Source of the DNA: Octopus vulgaris
Lineage: Eukaryota
Reading direction: 5' to 3'
Length of the DNA: 64,000 bases
NCBI GenBank assembly: GCA_951406725.2
Contig: OX597815.1
Coordinates: 107,446,001-107,510,000, forward strand
This document shows, one piece after another, positions 40,019 through 53,635 of this stretch; the first letter of the stretch is position 1; every line of letters begins with the position of its first letter. The notes beneath the pieces are model-generated. The model saw only the letters and a list, made by a program, of their open reading frames with translations. It ran no database searches and was not told the origin of the DNA. The position numbers and the translations under genes are program-made.

Positions 40019-40229
40019 TCTTTTTTCTTTTCTCTTTTTATTCTTTTTATTTTATTCAATTTTTTTTTGTTTTTGTTCTTTTCTTCCCTTTTACGATCCC
40101 TCTTGATCGAAAACCTAGGCCACCCCTTTTTTTTCTTTTGTTTTTTGTTCTCTTCATCCCCCAAAAGAAAAGCTCTACCTTGTAACTTGTCCCATCTGTG
40201 TGCAGCCCTGTGTGGCCAATAAAGAAACT
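40019..40229 (+). mobile_element. LINE-like 3' end with AATAAA
   Basis: TSD tatctattt (40010-40018 / 40230-40238); terminal ~50 nt resemble the Meta-like SINE tail. Confidence 0.55.
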
Positions 40230-40630
40230 TATCTATTTCACATATATACAGTGTTTGTGTATGTGAGTGTTTATGTATATGTGTGTGTATGTATGATTAT
40301 ATTTCCTTGACTTGATATCTGTTAATTGTAAATATCTGTCATCAAGTTACAAGCAGTGTAGTTCATTTGCTATCCTCTTTGAAAACATGCCTGGCCATTG
40401 CACTGTTCATGTTGAAAGGGTGGGGGTAAATAATACCTTACTTGGCAACAGATGAAGGTGGGCAACAGGAAGAGCATCTGTCCTTATAAATTTTGCTTCA
40501 ATAAATTTCATCTGGTTTATGCAAGCATGTGAAAATTGCTGTTAAAATTAGGATGAAGATGATGATCATGATGACCATGAACATGATCATGGTGTGTGTT
40601 TGTATGTATGAGTGTGTGTGTTTTTATGTA

Positions 40631-40662
<32 letters not shown>

Positions 40663-40728
40663 AATATATGTACATATGTGTCCACATATACATGTATTCA
40701 TATACATACATCAATATATACATACATA

Positions 40729-40770
<42 letters not shown>

Positions 40771-40947
40771 TATGTGTCCATATATACATGTGTTTATATA
40801 CATACATTAATATATACATATATATGTATATATATATATAGAAATTCGGGGTGAGTACTTGATAATTATAAGCACCTGTGTATACTGTTTGGTGGTGTAG
40901 GTGGTGGAGTAAATTGATCAAAATAAAAACATGATGCGAAGGATTCA

Positions 40948-41025
40948 GCGGTACATATGTTTCGGGCCTTTATTAGACAGATTTATAACAATGCATAATG
41001 TATGTCTGTGGCCTTCTTCAGCCGT
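40948..41025 (-). ncRNA. Type I hammerhead (inverted pLTR copy)
   Basis: Reverse complement of 44534-44611 with one stem I change. Confidence 0.8.
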
Positions 41026-41593
41026 GCACAACAGCTTCCACAAGGACATGTGTTACATCAAAAATTCTTGGTTGGGGATGCAAATCCTCTCATTCGCGTA
41101 CGACATAATGCGGCAGCAGCATAGAATTGAAGCGTCCATTTCTTTCTTCTCTCAATGTAGAATGAGGAAATTTGGATGTTGAAGTAATGTAAATAAATAA
41201 ATACATATATAGACGTGAAGATGGAGGGGCGAGAATTCAGGACGAGGGATAAAAAATGTATAAGAAGTGTAAGTATAGAAAAATATAAAAATGTAGAGTA
41301 TAAAGATGTAAAAGGATGTAAGGAGATGTAAAGGGGGTATAAAGAATATAAAGAAATATAAAGAAATATAAATAAATGTAAAGGCATAAGGTTATAAAGT
41401 AAAAATAGAAATAGAAATAAAAGTAAAAAGTAAAAAAATAAAAATAGGAATAAACATGATAAAAATGTAAAAAAATATAAAGATAAGGGATGTATAGAGG
41501 TTACGGACCAAACATGGTGGTCAGGAGATTGATAAAATTTAGTTGTAGAATTTTTGGGTGTCAATAAATCAACAGTGTCGTCTGGGGACCTAA

Positions 41594-42553
41594 GGAAATA
41601 GGCGAACTAATAGAATAGCACACAATAGTAACCCTCACGACGAGAGCAATATAGATCATATTAGGAGAAATAGAAGGGATAATAGTAGATTACGCAAATA
41701 TATATGGTTCAACATACCTTACAACTTAGCAGTTAGGGGTAAGTTATGTAAGAGAATATTCTCTATCATTTCCAACAACTTCCCACCCACCCATAAGTAT
41801 AGAAGTATCTTCTCCAACAAAACCATTAGGATTTCCTACTCTACCCTGCCCAACATGAGCTGCCTCATAGCTAAACATAACTATATTAATATTAGAACAG
41901 CTAGATCAAGAGCAAACTATAGCGACCAACAGAACCCCCCTCATCTAGATAGTAGACAATATAACCAGACTGGCAGCCATACTACCCAAACAGTTAGTAA
42001 TAACACCCGCCAACACAACAGAGGAAATACTACACCCATCAACAACCAGGAGGATATCAACGCCCCCACTCGTATTCCAACACCTCCGCCTGGGATTAGC
42101 AGCACACGACCGAATAATGCAATGCAATGCAACTGCAGATGTGCATCAGAGTGCCCGCTACAGGGCGCATGTAGGGCGAAAAACGTAATATATTCATGTG
42201 AGGTGAGTACCCAGTTTAACACACTCACCTACATAGGTTGCTCAACCTCCTGGAAATCCAGATACTACAACCACCGGTCCTCGCTGAAACACAGACATAA
42301 GGCTAACAGCACCTCCCTTTCTAAAAAAATTTGGGAATTAAAAGACAAATGCATAGGCTTCAAACTCAGGTGGTCCATCATCGGATCAGCTGCACCTTAT
42401 TTAAATAATAGAGCAGGATGCCAACTATGTTGTGTAGAACTCCTGAACATCTTGAAATTCAAAGACAAACACAATCTTATTAACAAAAGGTCAGAGTTCA
42501 AACCATCCTGTATACACAAACTTATTAATACTTTCAAATACTACAAAGCTTAG
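41594..42553 (+). CDS. Penelope-like polyprotein C-terminal part (linker plus GIY-YIG endonuclease), N-terminally truncated
   Basis: Frame is open from the inversion junction: IWFNIPYN..FPPTHKYRSIFSNKTIRISYSTLPNM, CNCRCASECPLQGAC, VIYSC..YIGCST..RYYNH, CQLCCVE..INKRSE..CIH. Confidence 0.85.
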   Translation, partial: GNRRTNRIAHNSNPHDESNIDHIRRNRRDNSRLRKYIWFNIPYNLAVRGKLCKRIFSIISNNFPPTHKYRSIFSNKTIRISYSTLPNMSCLIAKHNYINIRTARSRANYSDQQNPPHLDSRQYNQTGSHTTQTVSNNTRQHNRGNTTPINNQEDINAPTRIPTPPPGISSTRPNNAMQCNCRCASECPLQGACRAKNVIYSCEVSTQFNTLTYIGCSTSWKSRYYNHRSSLKHRHKANSTSLSKKIWELKDKCIGFKLRWSIIGSAAPYLNNRAGCQLCCVELLNILKFKDKHNLINKRSEFKPSCIHKLINTFKYYKA

Positions 42554-44533
42554 GTTATTATACCAACTCCCCCATGCAATTTCCTCCCACCCGGTGCAAC
42601 CTGTCGGCTCCAGCACATCCCGCTTTCCTATATGTGCGTGTATATGCGTATATGTGCGCGTATATATATGTATGTGCACATATGTGTACGTATATGTATA
42701 TATATATATATATGTGCGTGTGTGTGTGTGTGTGTGGGTATGTGTATGTGCATATATGTTTCCCTGCATTTTCCTCCTATATATACAAATTTTGTCTCCC
42801 ATATATGTCTTCTTTTCCCTACATATTTCTTCTCCTACACCCATATCCTTCCTATATAGTCTCTTTATTTCCCTATATCTATACCCTTTCACATTTCTAA
42901 CTCGGATGTTGAACGCACACCGCCAAACTCCACTTCCCACCCTTCCAATTTTCAGTTCCCCCCGCCCGCCCCTACGTGGGCACCTTTAACACACACCTCT
43001 AACTTTCAACCACCTTCATCTCATGTTAAACTTTACCAAATTATATTTTTATTTTATTTTTATTTTTACTTTTATTTTTACTTTTATTCTACTTCGATTT
43101 ATTTTCATCCCTTATCTTAATTCTTATAATTTTTATAATTTTTATATTTCATTTCTAACTTTTACAGTGTATTTCTTATTTTATACTGGATTTCTTACTT
43201 TTATTTCTAATTTTTACCCTTACCCTCATTCTTACCCCTAACTTATCGCTTTATATCTCTATATATGTCTATTTTTTTACTTATCCCTTATTTACTTACC
43301 TATGGATCCACTTTATGATTATACGAACGTCCGTGTACGTATGTATACGTATACATACATGTACATATGTACGAGTAAACATCTACGTCTGGATGTACAT
43401 ACCCCGTATTTCTTTTTTTATATGTTTTCTTATATTCATATGTTTACTCCTATTTGTATACATCTTTTAATATTTTATAGCTATACCCATATGCGCGTAT
43501 GTCCCTGTGTATGTATGTAAGTGTATATGTGCACACACATATGGACACACAGCCGTGTGTGCGTGCACGTGTAGACGTGAGTGCGTGATTCTTTACATAC
43601 GTTCTTATATACATCCTTTAATATCTTATATCTAAACCTGGAAGCGTGGGCATATGTGTATGTGTATGTAAGGATGGGCGCACGTATGTACATATGGGTG
43701 TGTACATGTATAATGTCTGTGTATACATGCGGATATTCTGTTGTATGTATGTATATGTACGCGCGTGCGTGTGGGTGTGTGTGTGTTTATGTACATGTTT
43801 ACACGTGAGTGCGTGTGTATGCTTATAGGCTTGGAGGCGTATATGTACGCGTGTATATGGGTGTATGTATCCATGATGGTGTGTATGTACGAGATGACCA
43901 ATTAAATCAAGGAACTAGATTAAATGCTCAACAGCTCTGATTTACAACACATTAGGTCCCCAGACGACACTGTTGATTCATTGACACCCAAAAATTCTAC
44001 AACTAAATTTTATCAATCTCCTGACCACCATGTTTGGTCCGTAACCTCTATACATCCCTTATCTTTATATTTTTTTACATTTTTATCATGTTTATTCCTA
44101 TTTTTATCTTTATTTTTTTATTTTTTTACTTTTTACTTTTATTTCTATTTCTATTTTTACTTTATAACCTTATGCCTTTACATTTATTTATATTTCTTTA
44201 TATTTCTTTATATTCTTTATACCCCCTTTACATCTCCTTACATCCTTTTACATCTTTATACTCTACATTTTTATATTTTTCTATACTTACACTTCTTATA
44301 CATTTTTTATCCCTCGTCCTGAATTCTCGCCCCTCCATCTTCACGTCTATATATGTATTTATTTATTTACATTACTTCAACATCCAAATTTCCTCATTCT
44401 ACATTGAGAGAAGAAAGAGATGGACGCTTCAATTCTATGCTGCTGCCGCATTATGTCGTACGCGAATGAGAGGATTTGCATCCCCAACCAAGAATTTTTG
44501 ATGTAACACATGTCCTTGTGGAAGCTGTTGTGC

Positions 44534-44611
44534 GCGGCTGAAGAAGGCCACAGACATACATTATGCATTGTTATAAATCTGTCTAATAAAGGCCCGAAAC
44601 ATATGTACCGC
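44534..44611 (+). ncRNA. Type I hammerhead ribozyme in the Penelope pLTR
   Basis: gcgg-CTGAAGA-aggcc..agaca...tgtct..ggccc-GAAAC-atat-GTA-ccgc. Confidence 0.88.
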
Positions 44612-44642
44612 TGAATCCTTCGCATCATGTTTTTATTTTGAT

Positions 44643-44685
<43 letters not shown>

Positions 44686-44709
44686 TATGTGTCCACATAT
44701 ACATGTATT

Positions 44710-44746
<37 letters not shown>

Positions 44747-44748
<2 letters not shown>

Positions 44749-45348
44749 TCATCATCATAATTTAACGTCTGCTTTTCCATGCTTTTCCATAGGTTCCAAT
44801 CTGATTTGGCAAGGTTTCTATAGCTGGATGCACTTCCTAACGCCAACCATTCCAAGAGTGCAGTGGGTGTTGCCATTGACCTGATGTTGGCATTGGCCAC
44901 AACTATGGTCTCACTTGGCTTGACAGGTCTACACAAGCACAGTATATTACCTGTCACTGCTTCCATGAGGCCCAACACTTGAATGGTGTTTTTTATATGC
45001 CACCTGCACAGGTGTCAGTCAGATGGCACTAGCATTGGCCATGAGTGTGATTTCACATTGGTATTGGCCATAACTATGATTTCACTCACCTTGATGTCAC
45101 TGCCTCCATGAGGCCCAATGCTCAAACAGTACTTTTTATGTGCCACTGGCATGGGTGCCAGTCGGATGACATTGGCATTGGCCATAACTATGTTGTGGCA
45201 TTGGCCATGGTTATGAGCTCACTTGGCTTTGGGTTTTCTCAAGGATGACATATCTTCAAAGGTTTCAGTGCTTTGTCTTTGCTTATGTGAGGTCCAACAT
45301 TGAATGACTGTGCTGCACCACCTCGTCCTATGTCTTCCTGGATATACC
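44747..45348 (-). mobile_element. Older RTE ORF end plus 3'UTR
   Basis: (CAT)n tail, conserved tail motif, and caccacctcgtcc (WDEVV-like). Confidence 0.8.
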
Positions 45349-45574
45349 TTGAAACCTTTTAATTTTTCAACATTGAAACATTTTAGTTTGTCAGCATTGA
45401 AACATTTTAATTGTTCAACCTTGAAACTTTTAAAGATGTTTTTTCTAATTTTAAACTTCTACCATTGATAAACAAAAAATATCGTTGAAACTGATTTGGT
45501 ATATATGTAAATAAATGTATCTTAAACATTTACGAGGTTTTGAAATTTAGGTGTATTTTCAACAACACATTTTA

Positions 45575-45614
<40 letters not shown>

Positions 45615-45624
45615 TATATGCATG

Positions 45625-45676
<52 letters not shown>

Positions 45677-45719
45677 TGTGTGTGTGTGTGTACATGTGTG
45701 TGCATGTACCTGTGTGTTT

Positions 45720-46035
45720 AAGGAGAAAAGTAGCGAAGCAACCTCAATGTAAACCCAAAATACATTTCAAAGATTTTTTAAGCAGGTCTCTAAAGGATTG
45801 CAAAAGGATGCATACAAACTGGCAGAGGGATGCAATGGATGAACCAAAATGGAAGAAAAGAAATCTGAGAAGGTGCTGCCTTGTTTGAGGATAATAAGCA
45901 GAAACATACACTAATAAAAAGAGAGGCAAGAAAAGGGTTTGCTTGTGGCCAATGATCCTTCTCTCCCGACTTATAATATCTGCAATCATATTTGTCTTTT
46001 ACAAGGTGTATGTGTTAGTCATAAGCTGAAGCACG
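45720..46035 (+). pseudogene. Fragment of a different RTE (BovB-like) ORF C-terminus
   Basis: KPKIHFKDFLSRSLKDC..NWQRDAMDEPKWK resembles RTE C-termini; a decayed zinc-finger-like stretch follows. Confidence 0.55.
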
Positions 46036-49032
46036 AATTTAGAACCTCCTATAGATTTTCCAGTCACAATCTGATGTATTAGCTTGCTCTGTTTGCAATA
46101 AGATCTGCAGAAGTAAATCTGGGTTTATTAGGCACATGAAATGTCACAATTACAATTTCTATCAGTCTTTACAGTGAAATCAAACATTTTCATGTCATCT
46201 GTGTAGGAAAATATTTGTAAATCTCTTCTTGCTGGACTAAAGAATCATTTCCAGTCACAAAACATGTAGACTGTCTCTAACCATGTAGTAATTTTAAACT
46301 GTAAATATTCAATTCCATATTGCCTGCAAATTTTGTTTGTTGTTGGCTTTTAACTAATTTGGTGCCTACATATATGAACTTTATCAATGCTGGTGTTGAG
46401 AAGAGTCATACTTGATTAACGAGTCAACAGCTATCATATGTAATATAAACATATTTTCACACATGCTCTGATTTTCATGATTTCATGAACCTATACTGAT
46501 GGCCAATCTTTACTATGAAAGTCCAACATTTTATGTGAATTAGTGTCATTGAAATATAAGAAATCTGAGATGTTAGAAAATTCAATGGCTCTGATGATAT
46601 GTGACCTTGTTTCATTAACTTTCCCCTTCCCACCTTCCTTTTCCCTACCTCTCCTGCAGCTTTGCAAATACAACAGAGAGATGCTGTATTTAATCAGAAC
46701 TAATGACAAAGTGGCGGTGGTGGTGTTGGTGGTGGAGGTGGTGTTAAATGTGGTAATTATATGATGATAATGGTAGTGATGATGATAGTGGTGGTAGTGG
46801 TGGTAGCAGAAGCACTCATAGTTCTATGGAGGTGATGACAGTAGAACCAGTGGTACCGATGCCATAGAAATAGCTGCATTGATTGATAATGGTGGTAGTG
46901 GTGCTGGTGTAAGTAGAAATAGCAGGAGTAATAGTGGTGGTAGCAGTGATTGTTGCTGCCATTGTTTAGCTCAGGTCAACCTTGAATGAATAGACATATA
47001 ATCAAAAGCATTCCAGCCATAACCACCCTGTCTTGTTCCTGTGTACAGGGAGCTTAGAGGAGCCCCCACCCCCACATTATCTAACATGATCTTTTTTTTT
47101 TTTACCTTTTGAAGTCTGTAGGATGTGATTCAAGATACATTTGTCTAGCTGCTATTTCTTGCAGGCAAGTGACCACATGAAGGTTTGCTTGTCAGATTGG
47201 ATAGCAGTGATGCTGTTGGTGAGGTGTAGGTGGAATTTTGCAGTAATGTTAATGATGCTAATAGCTGGGGTGATGATGATAATGGTGATTGCAGCGGTGT
47301 GGATGAATGGTAATAAGGTCAATGGTGGTAGTGGTGGTGATGATGATGATGATGATAGATAGATAATAGTGATTGTGCTAGTGGGCACTGTAATAAGATT
47401 ACTGGCAATGTTGGTGTAGTAGATGTGATTAAACAATAATCAGTTTTAATGAAATAATTATATTAACCCTTCTAGTCTCCTCCGTAGATATTTAAAGTAG
47501 ATATTTTATCAATCACCCCTATATTTTATCCCTTTTATTCCCTTGATACATCATCATACAAACTCAATAAAGTAAGGTCAAGTAAGTATTGCTTAATAAT
47601 GGTTAAGGCTTTCTTGTGGAATACATAATCAAATAATCTTACTGGTTTCATAACAGATTAGTTCTAGATACAGAAGAGTTTCAGTTGTTGATGTGATAAA
47701 TCTGTTGACCTCTTGGCCTTGGGGGGGTTGAGAGATCATATGATACCTCCCCTCCGTTCCACTCATCTCTACCCTGTGTATTACTAACATTGTCTAGTGT
47801 CATTTGGCAAAATCTTGAATTCATCATTGTCCCCACTGGTTTTGCTAGCAGGGTATGTCATAGTGAGAAAGGGAGAGAGTAAGGGGAAATGGGATGTGTG
47901 GCTCAATTACAAAAGATACAGAGAGCGAGAGAGAGAGAGAGAGAGAAGGAGAAGAAGAAGAGGAATAGAAGGAGGAAGGGAGGAATAGAAAGAGTAATAA
48001 AAGCAAGGTTCAGCAGACTTGGTGGTATTACATTGAATTGTAATACAATTTTTATGAATTAAAAATATTTTGAATTTATAAATCTAAATAGGCATAAAAG
48101 CTATGAGGTTTAGTGGTTACATCACATATATACTCCAAGACAATGACTCTTAACTATACAACTAGAGCAATCATGATTAAATGATGACCTTCAATGAGGT
48201 TGAACAACCAATCCCAACCAGTTGGGATTCACAACGTGGTTTGAACTATTCCTGCTATTAATTGCTGAATACCAAACATAACTCATGGGACCTCTGATTG
48301 GGTGATTTTCCTGAATCATTATCTCACCTTTGTATGCTAATCCATTACAAGGTTACCCATTTACAGCTGAATGGACTGGGGTGACATGAAATAAAGTATC
48401 TTGCTCAAGAGCACAACACACAACTGGTATGGAAAGTAAAATCCCTAACCACTAGGCCATGAAACCGAATTGAACCACTGTCATTGAAACAGCTTTTGAC
48501 TGAAACAGATTATGAATTGAAGTTAAGGAGTTAGACTACATTCAGGCCCAAAGGTCTGGGTTCAAATTAATCACTACAACAATTGCAAATAATTCGGGAA
48601 TTATAAATTTAAATAAACAGAAAGGGTCCAAGGTTAAAAAGCCAGTTTTTATAGAGACAAAGAATCGTGATTTCAAACCATACTACTGCAGCAAATGAGT
48701 TGAGCTAATGGATTTGAAGCACAGATCAGCCTACCATTTGACTGGTTTACAAAAGAATTGCAGTGGATGACATTGGTTGAGAAATAAAGTACAAGTTTCT
48801 CTCCTGTATTACAAAATCATTGTCAGGTCCAGTGAGGATGGTGATGTAAGAAAAAAGACAGATGTGACAGTGAAGAGAGGACAAGAAGGAGTTAAAGTTT
48901 GGTACAAAGGATTAGGCAAAGAGCTATAGATAAGCAGGATATATAGGTTATGTATGTGCTTAAAAGAAAGGAAGAATAGATTAGAGGAAATATGGAAAAT
49001 AACAAGATAGAACTGGAGGATTTAGACTATAT

Positions 49033-49261
49033 TGGCGAACTGGCAGACATGTTAGCGTGCCAGGCGAAATGCTTAGCGGAATTTCGTCTGTCGTTATGTT
49101 CTGAGTTCAAATTCCACCGGGGTCAACTTTGCCTTTCATCCTTTCGGGGTCGATAAATAAAGTACCAGTTTCGCACTGGGGGCGATATAATCGACTCAAT
49201 CCCTTCATCTGTCCTTGTTTGTCCCCTCTATGTTTAGCCCCTTCTGGGCAGTAAAGAAATA
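49033..49261 (+). mobile_element. Full-length Meta-like SINE
   Basis: Highly similar to 7753-7981. Confidence 0.9.
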
Positions 49262-49844
49262 TATATGTCAGAGAGAGTAAATGAAGAGTTATATGAAAGA
49301 ATAGTAGTATCAAACTATTTCCACTCTGCAGATCACTCCACCTGTGTTTGCTTATCTCTGTACAGTATTTCCCTGAACTCTCATACTTGGTGGCAGGAAG
49401 AACAATTCATCTTTTGCCCCTGAACATACACTCCATTATGGTCTCAATTCCCAGCTGCTTTATCTTTAATTCACCCTTTACTTTTTCACATGCACACAAC
49501 AAACGTTTATATACATACATATATTCTTATACGCAACCTATAAGCAACAAACGCAACTACTAAAACAATATGTACATTCACATGCATCACATAAAACTGC
49601 CACAGACACATTCATCAAACAAAAATAAAGGCAACACACATACATAGCCATACAATACACATATATCCATACAATACATACACGTCCATGCAACACACAC
49701 AAGCAGCCATACAATATGCACAAATATCTATAATTAAACCCCTCTTTTACTTAATTGCAATAAAAAGAATTTTCTCTGTGTTGTCTGTGTCATGTGAATA
49801 GTACCTGTAAAATCGTAATTGTGGCTCTTGCTGGTAGTATAATC

Positions 49845-50159
49845 TTTGAATGTTGGACCATATGGAGGTGATGACAAGTGACCGAGACCTTTGGCAATAT
49901 GCTGCGCTTGAGAAGACTCATCAAGCCAAGTGAAATCGTAATTGTGGCCATTGCTAGTGTCCTGTAAATGTGTCAGTGGCACATAAAAATCAACCAGTAC
50001 ACTCTTGGAATGGTTGGTATTAGGAAGGGCATGCAGCTGTAGAAACCATGCCAGATCAAACTGGAACCTAGTGCAGCTCTCTGGCTTACCAGTTCCAGTC
50101 AAACTAACTCATGCCAGCATAGAAAGCAGACATTAAATGATGGTGGTGATGATGATGAT
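49845..50159 (+). mobile_element. RTE ORF end plus 3'UTR
   Basis: MTSDRDLWQYAALEKT followed by the conserved tail and (TGA)n. Confidence 0.85.
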
Positions 50160-50217
50160 TATACACAGTTGTTTTCTCACTCTGTCAACAAACATATGTT
50201 GGTGTGTGAAACTGAAT

Positions 50218-50339
50218 TGAATTACAATATTCTTCTGAAGATCTGGTGTTTCAACTATATTAAGTAAACGTTTATGTAATAATTATTGCATTATGTACAA
50301 GATGTTACTAGTGAAACACTTGTAAGATTATGTAATTCA
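50218..50339 (+). ncRNA. Decayed type I hammerhead
   Basis: tgaattaca..tctt-CTGAAGA-tctggtg...tactagt-GAAAC-actt-GTA-agat..tgtaattca; the proximal stem I is imperfect. Confidence 0.6.
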
Positions 50340-51487
50340 TTATGTGATAAAAACACTTAAACTTTTCTGTTTTATTCTGTGGGTAAAGGGTCTTTTTTGC
50401 AAAAAACCACCCTGTACACTGAAAAGGCCCCCAATACTGAAAAAAGGCACCCAGTACACTGTGTCAAGGGGTTGATGTTAGGAAGGGCATCCAGCCATAG
50501 AAACCTTACCAAAACAGACATTAGAGCTTGCTATAGTCCTCTGACTTGAATTCTCTCAAACTGTCCACCCTGTGCCAATATGGAATACAGACACTAAATG
50601 GTGGTGATGATGATGATATGACTGTTTCCATGTTTGTGTTAATAATTACACTGCTCTAAAAACTGATATTTGTTTATGGTTATGATGTGTCTCTGTGTAT
50701 TCAGTAAACTAGCAGTTCATTTGTTGTTGTTTGTTTAACTGCAGGTCAGTCCTGACCCAGCAGACCTTATGATCAAGGAAACAATAAATACTGAACTGAA
50801 ATAAGTACTGTGAGTCAATATAATTATCTAAAACCCTTGAAGGCAAGCATCCCTAGTATAACTATCACCCAAAGACTGAAACCTATAAAAGAATAAAAGA
50901 ATAATTAAATTATATTAACCCCAGACTATGGAATTATAGCATAGAATTTCTTAATTAATTCATTCTGTAAATCTTTATGAAGATTTACAGAATGTTAAGA
51001 GTGATGTTTAAAAGAATAATAAAATCATTATTACTGAATACAAAAGAATCATTAGAGAGAGAGAGAGAGAGAGAGATGGCAGTGGTTGTCACTGGTGATT
51101 TTAAAGCAATTCTTATCAGCAAAAGCCACAAGGAATCTTTACAGTTAACATGTCAACAGCTTATTCTTCACATAGGGATTTAATCTATATTGGTAGTGTT
51201 AATCGTTTTGTTTTAGTCGCTGTTTTATTTTGAAGCTTCTTCTTTCAAGAAGAAATTAATGTATATTTTGCAGTAATAAAGTTCAACTCTGCTCAGTTTG
51301 GTTCAACTCAGCCCAGCTCAAATTAGCCCTTGACAGTTAAGCACCCTCCCCCCCACCGCTCACAGATTGTAGTTATTATTACATAACAACTAAATCCCTC
51401 CTCCCCCACCACTACTACTTCCACTGCTGCCACAACCACCACCACTACTGCTGCTGCTGCTGATTGTCCGCTGCCGTCGCCGCCACC

Positions 51488-51519
<32 letters not shown>

Positions 51520-52751
51520 CAGCAACAGCACCTATATTAACACTAACACCACTGCCACTGCACCATCACTGGTGGAAGCAGTGACATCACAGCCACTGCT
51601 ACTGCTACTGCTGTTGCTATTCCTAAACTACTACTACTGCTACTACTACTACTACTACTACTTCCACTAACACCATTAGCAACATCACCATTATCCCCAT
51701 CACCATCCGAATGACCACCCCCCAGCTCAAGGAAGAAGCCCCTCTATGCGATCGTGTGCATTGCTAAAAATAGCAGCAAAATTTCCTCCCCACCACACTT
51801 ACTGCATCACCTTGAAAAAGGGAAGGCTATACATTAGTTAATGTAGTCATGTAGTCTTAAATACTCCAAGAAAAATACAGAATGGTTATATCAGCTGTAT
51901 TGTCCCTGATGCTAAGTCTGTTTGATCAGGGTGATCTGAAATTGAAGAACAACAAAATCAACAATAGTCACTTCATAACATCATCATAATTACCATTAAT
52001 CTTTTTGAAACCATCTCTCATCTCTTTACATATAAAATTCAAATTCCATCAAGGTCGATTTTTCCCTTTTATCCTTCCTGGGTCACCATCATTCTTTAGT
52101 GTCTGCTTTCCATGCTGGTATGGATAAGATGGTTTGACAGCAGCTGGGACACTGGAGAGCTGCATCAGGCTCCAGTCTGTTTTGCCTTCTACAGTTTCTA
52201 CATCTGCATGCCCTTCCTAATGCCAACGACTCCACAGAGTGTACAAGGTACTCTTTACACCAGCATGGGTGCTATTTGTGTGTCACCAGCACGGATGTCT
52301 TCGGCATGGGTGTCTTTCATGTGTCACCAGCACAGGTGCTTTTTATGAGTTACTGGCATCGGTGCCTTTCACATGTCACTGGCACAAATGTATTGACTAA
52401 CACATTGGTCTCAAAATTGCTGGTCCTGTGCCTAAATCAGGAGCTTTTATTATTATTATTATTATTATTATAATTATTATTATTATTATTTTTTTTTTCC
52501 CTTCTTTCTTCAAATTTTCTTCCGTTTCTCACCGAGTATTTTCCATACACCTAGGGCAGAGAAGCTCATTGTATGCATTCCCAGATTACACACACAAATT
52601 CACAGGTAAAATATGTATTTAAAAAATTAATAAATAAATAAATTCATGAATGGATGTTGTTTTCACAGCAATAATAATAATAATAATTATTATTATTATT
52701 GTTATTATTATTATTTCTTCTTCTTCTTCTTCTTCTTATTTCTTATTATTA

Positions 52752-52966
52752 AGGTGGCGAGCTGGCAGAATTGTTAGCCCACTGGGAAAAATACTTAGTG
52801 GAATTTCATCCATCTTTACTTTCTGAATTCAAATTCTGCCAAGGTCAACTCTGCTTTTCCTCCTCTCAGGGTCAATGAAATAAGAACCAGCTGAGCACTG
52901 AAGTCAATGTAATTGACTTAGCTCCTCCTCCCATATTTCAGGCCTTGTGCCTATAGTAGAAAGGAT
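52752..52966 (+). mobile_element. Meta-like SINE; another copy at 54028-54196
   Basis: ggtggcgagctggcagaa head, B box and Meta-like domain. Confidence 0.8.
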
Positions 52967-52984
52967 TACTATTTTTTTTATCAC

Positions 52985-53635
52985 AGGTTTTGTTGGAACT
53001 CCTGGAGTCTTGCATGCACAACAGGCTTGGTGCCTGCAGTCTACGGTACCATGCTATTTGTTCTTTTCAACAATCTCATACTTTCCTGATTATTCTGGCT
53101 GAGTCAAGGAGGCAAATCTTTTGTAACAGTTCTACTCGGCACTCTATTCCGATTTCCTTTATATTCCTCTTGATGCCTTCTGACACTGTTCTCAAGGACC
53201 CAACAATAGCTGACATTATCTTCACCTTCTCCATTTTCCATAGCCAGGTCATTTTGCACTTAAGAAGGTTGTATTTATTTATTTTTCACCCTCCTTCTTG
53301 ACTATTCATGGGTCAAAAGGGCGCTATTATCATTATTACTGTTATTATTATTATTATTGGGTGAGAGAGCAGTGCATGCCATCAAAGTGACACTGGGGTA
53401 AAATATAAAAATCCCAGTATACCCATCATGACTACCTCCCAAGCTAACCTGTTATATCTATCGACTTTTCTTCCTTATTGCATACCTTGTTGTCAGCTGG
53501 GCATGCTATATCTATGATCCAGCATCGTTTGCTTTCTTTCTCAATTAACACTATATCTGGTTTCTTATTCTCTATCTCATGGTCATCGCACTGAATCATA
53601 AAATCCCATAGGATCTTTGCATTATCATTTTCTAT
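52985..53635 (-). pseudogene. Fragments of RLE-endonuclease LINE(s), R4/Dong-like, among (TAA)n tracts
   Basis: KILWDFMIQCD..KPDIVLIEKESKRCWIIDIACPAD (PD..D motif) and a C-terminal LLQKICLLDSARIIRKV-like stretch. Confidence 0.8.

Larger units (their letters stand above)
40841..44646 (+). mobile_element. 5'-truncated, 5'-inverted Penelope-like element
   Basis: ~690-bp near-identical inverted arms 40913-41593 / 43952-44646 flank a GIY-YIG ORF; hammerhead in each arm; sits in a TA-rich minisatellite. Confidence 0.9.

Noticed and set aside
41058-44501. Hydrophobic F/Y/L/I-rich ORFs resembling membrane proteins
   Set aside because: They are translations of the T-rich inverted pLTR arms.
46610-46720. 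Strong splice-acceptor-like tract (also near 13040-13060)
   Set aside because: No convincing donor or recognisable peptide, so it cannot be supported without RNA data.
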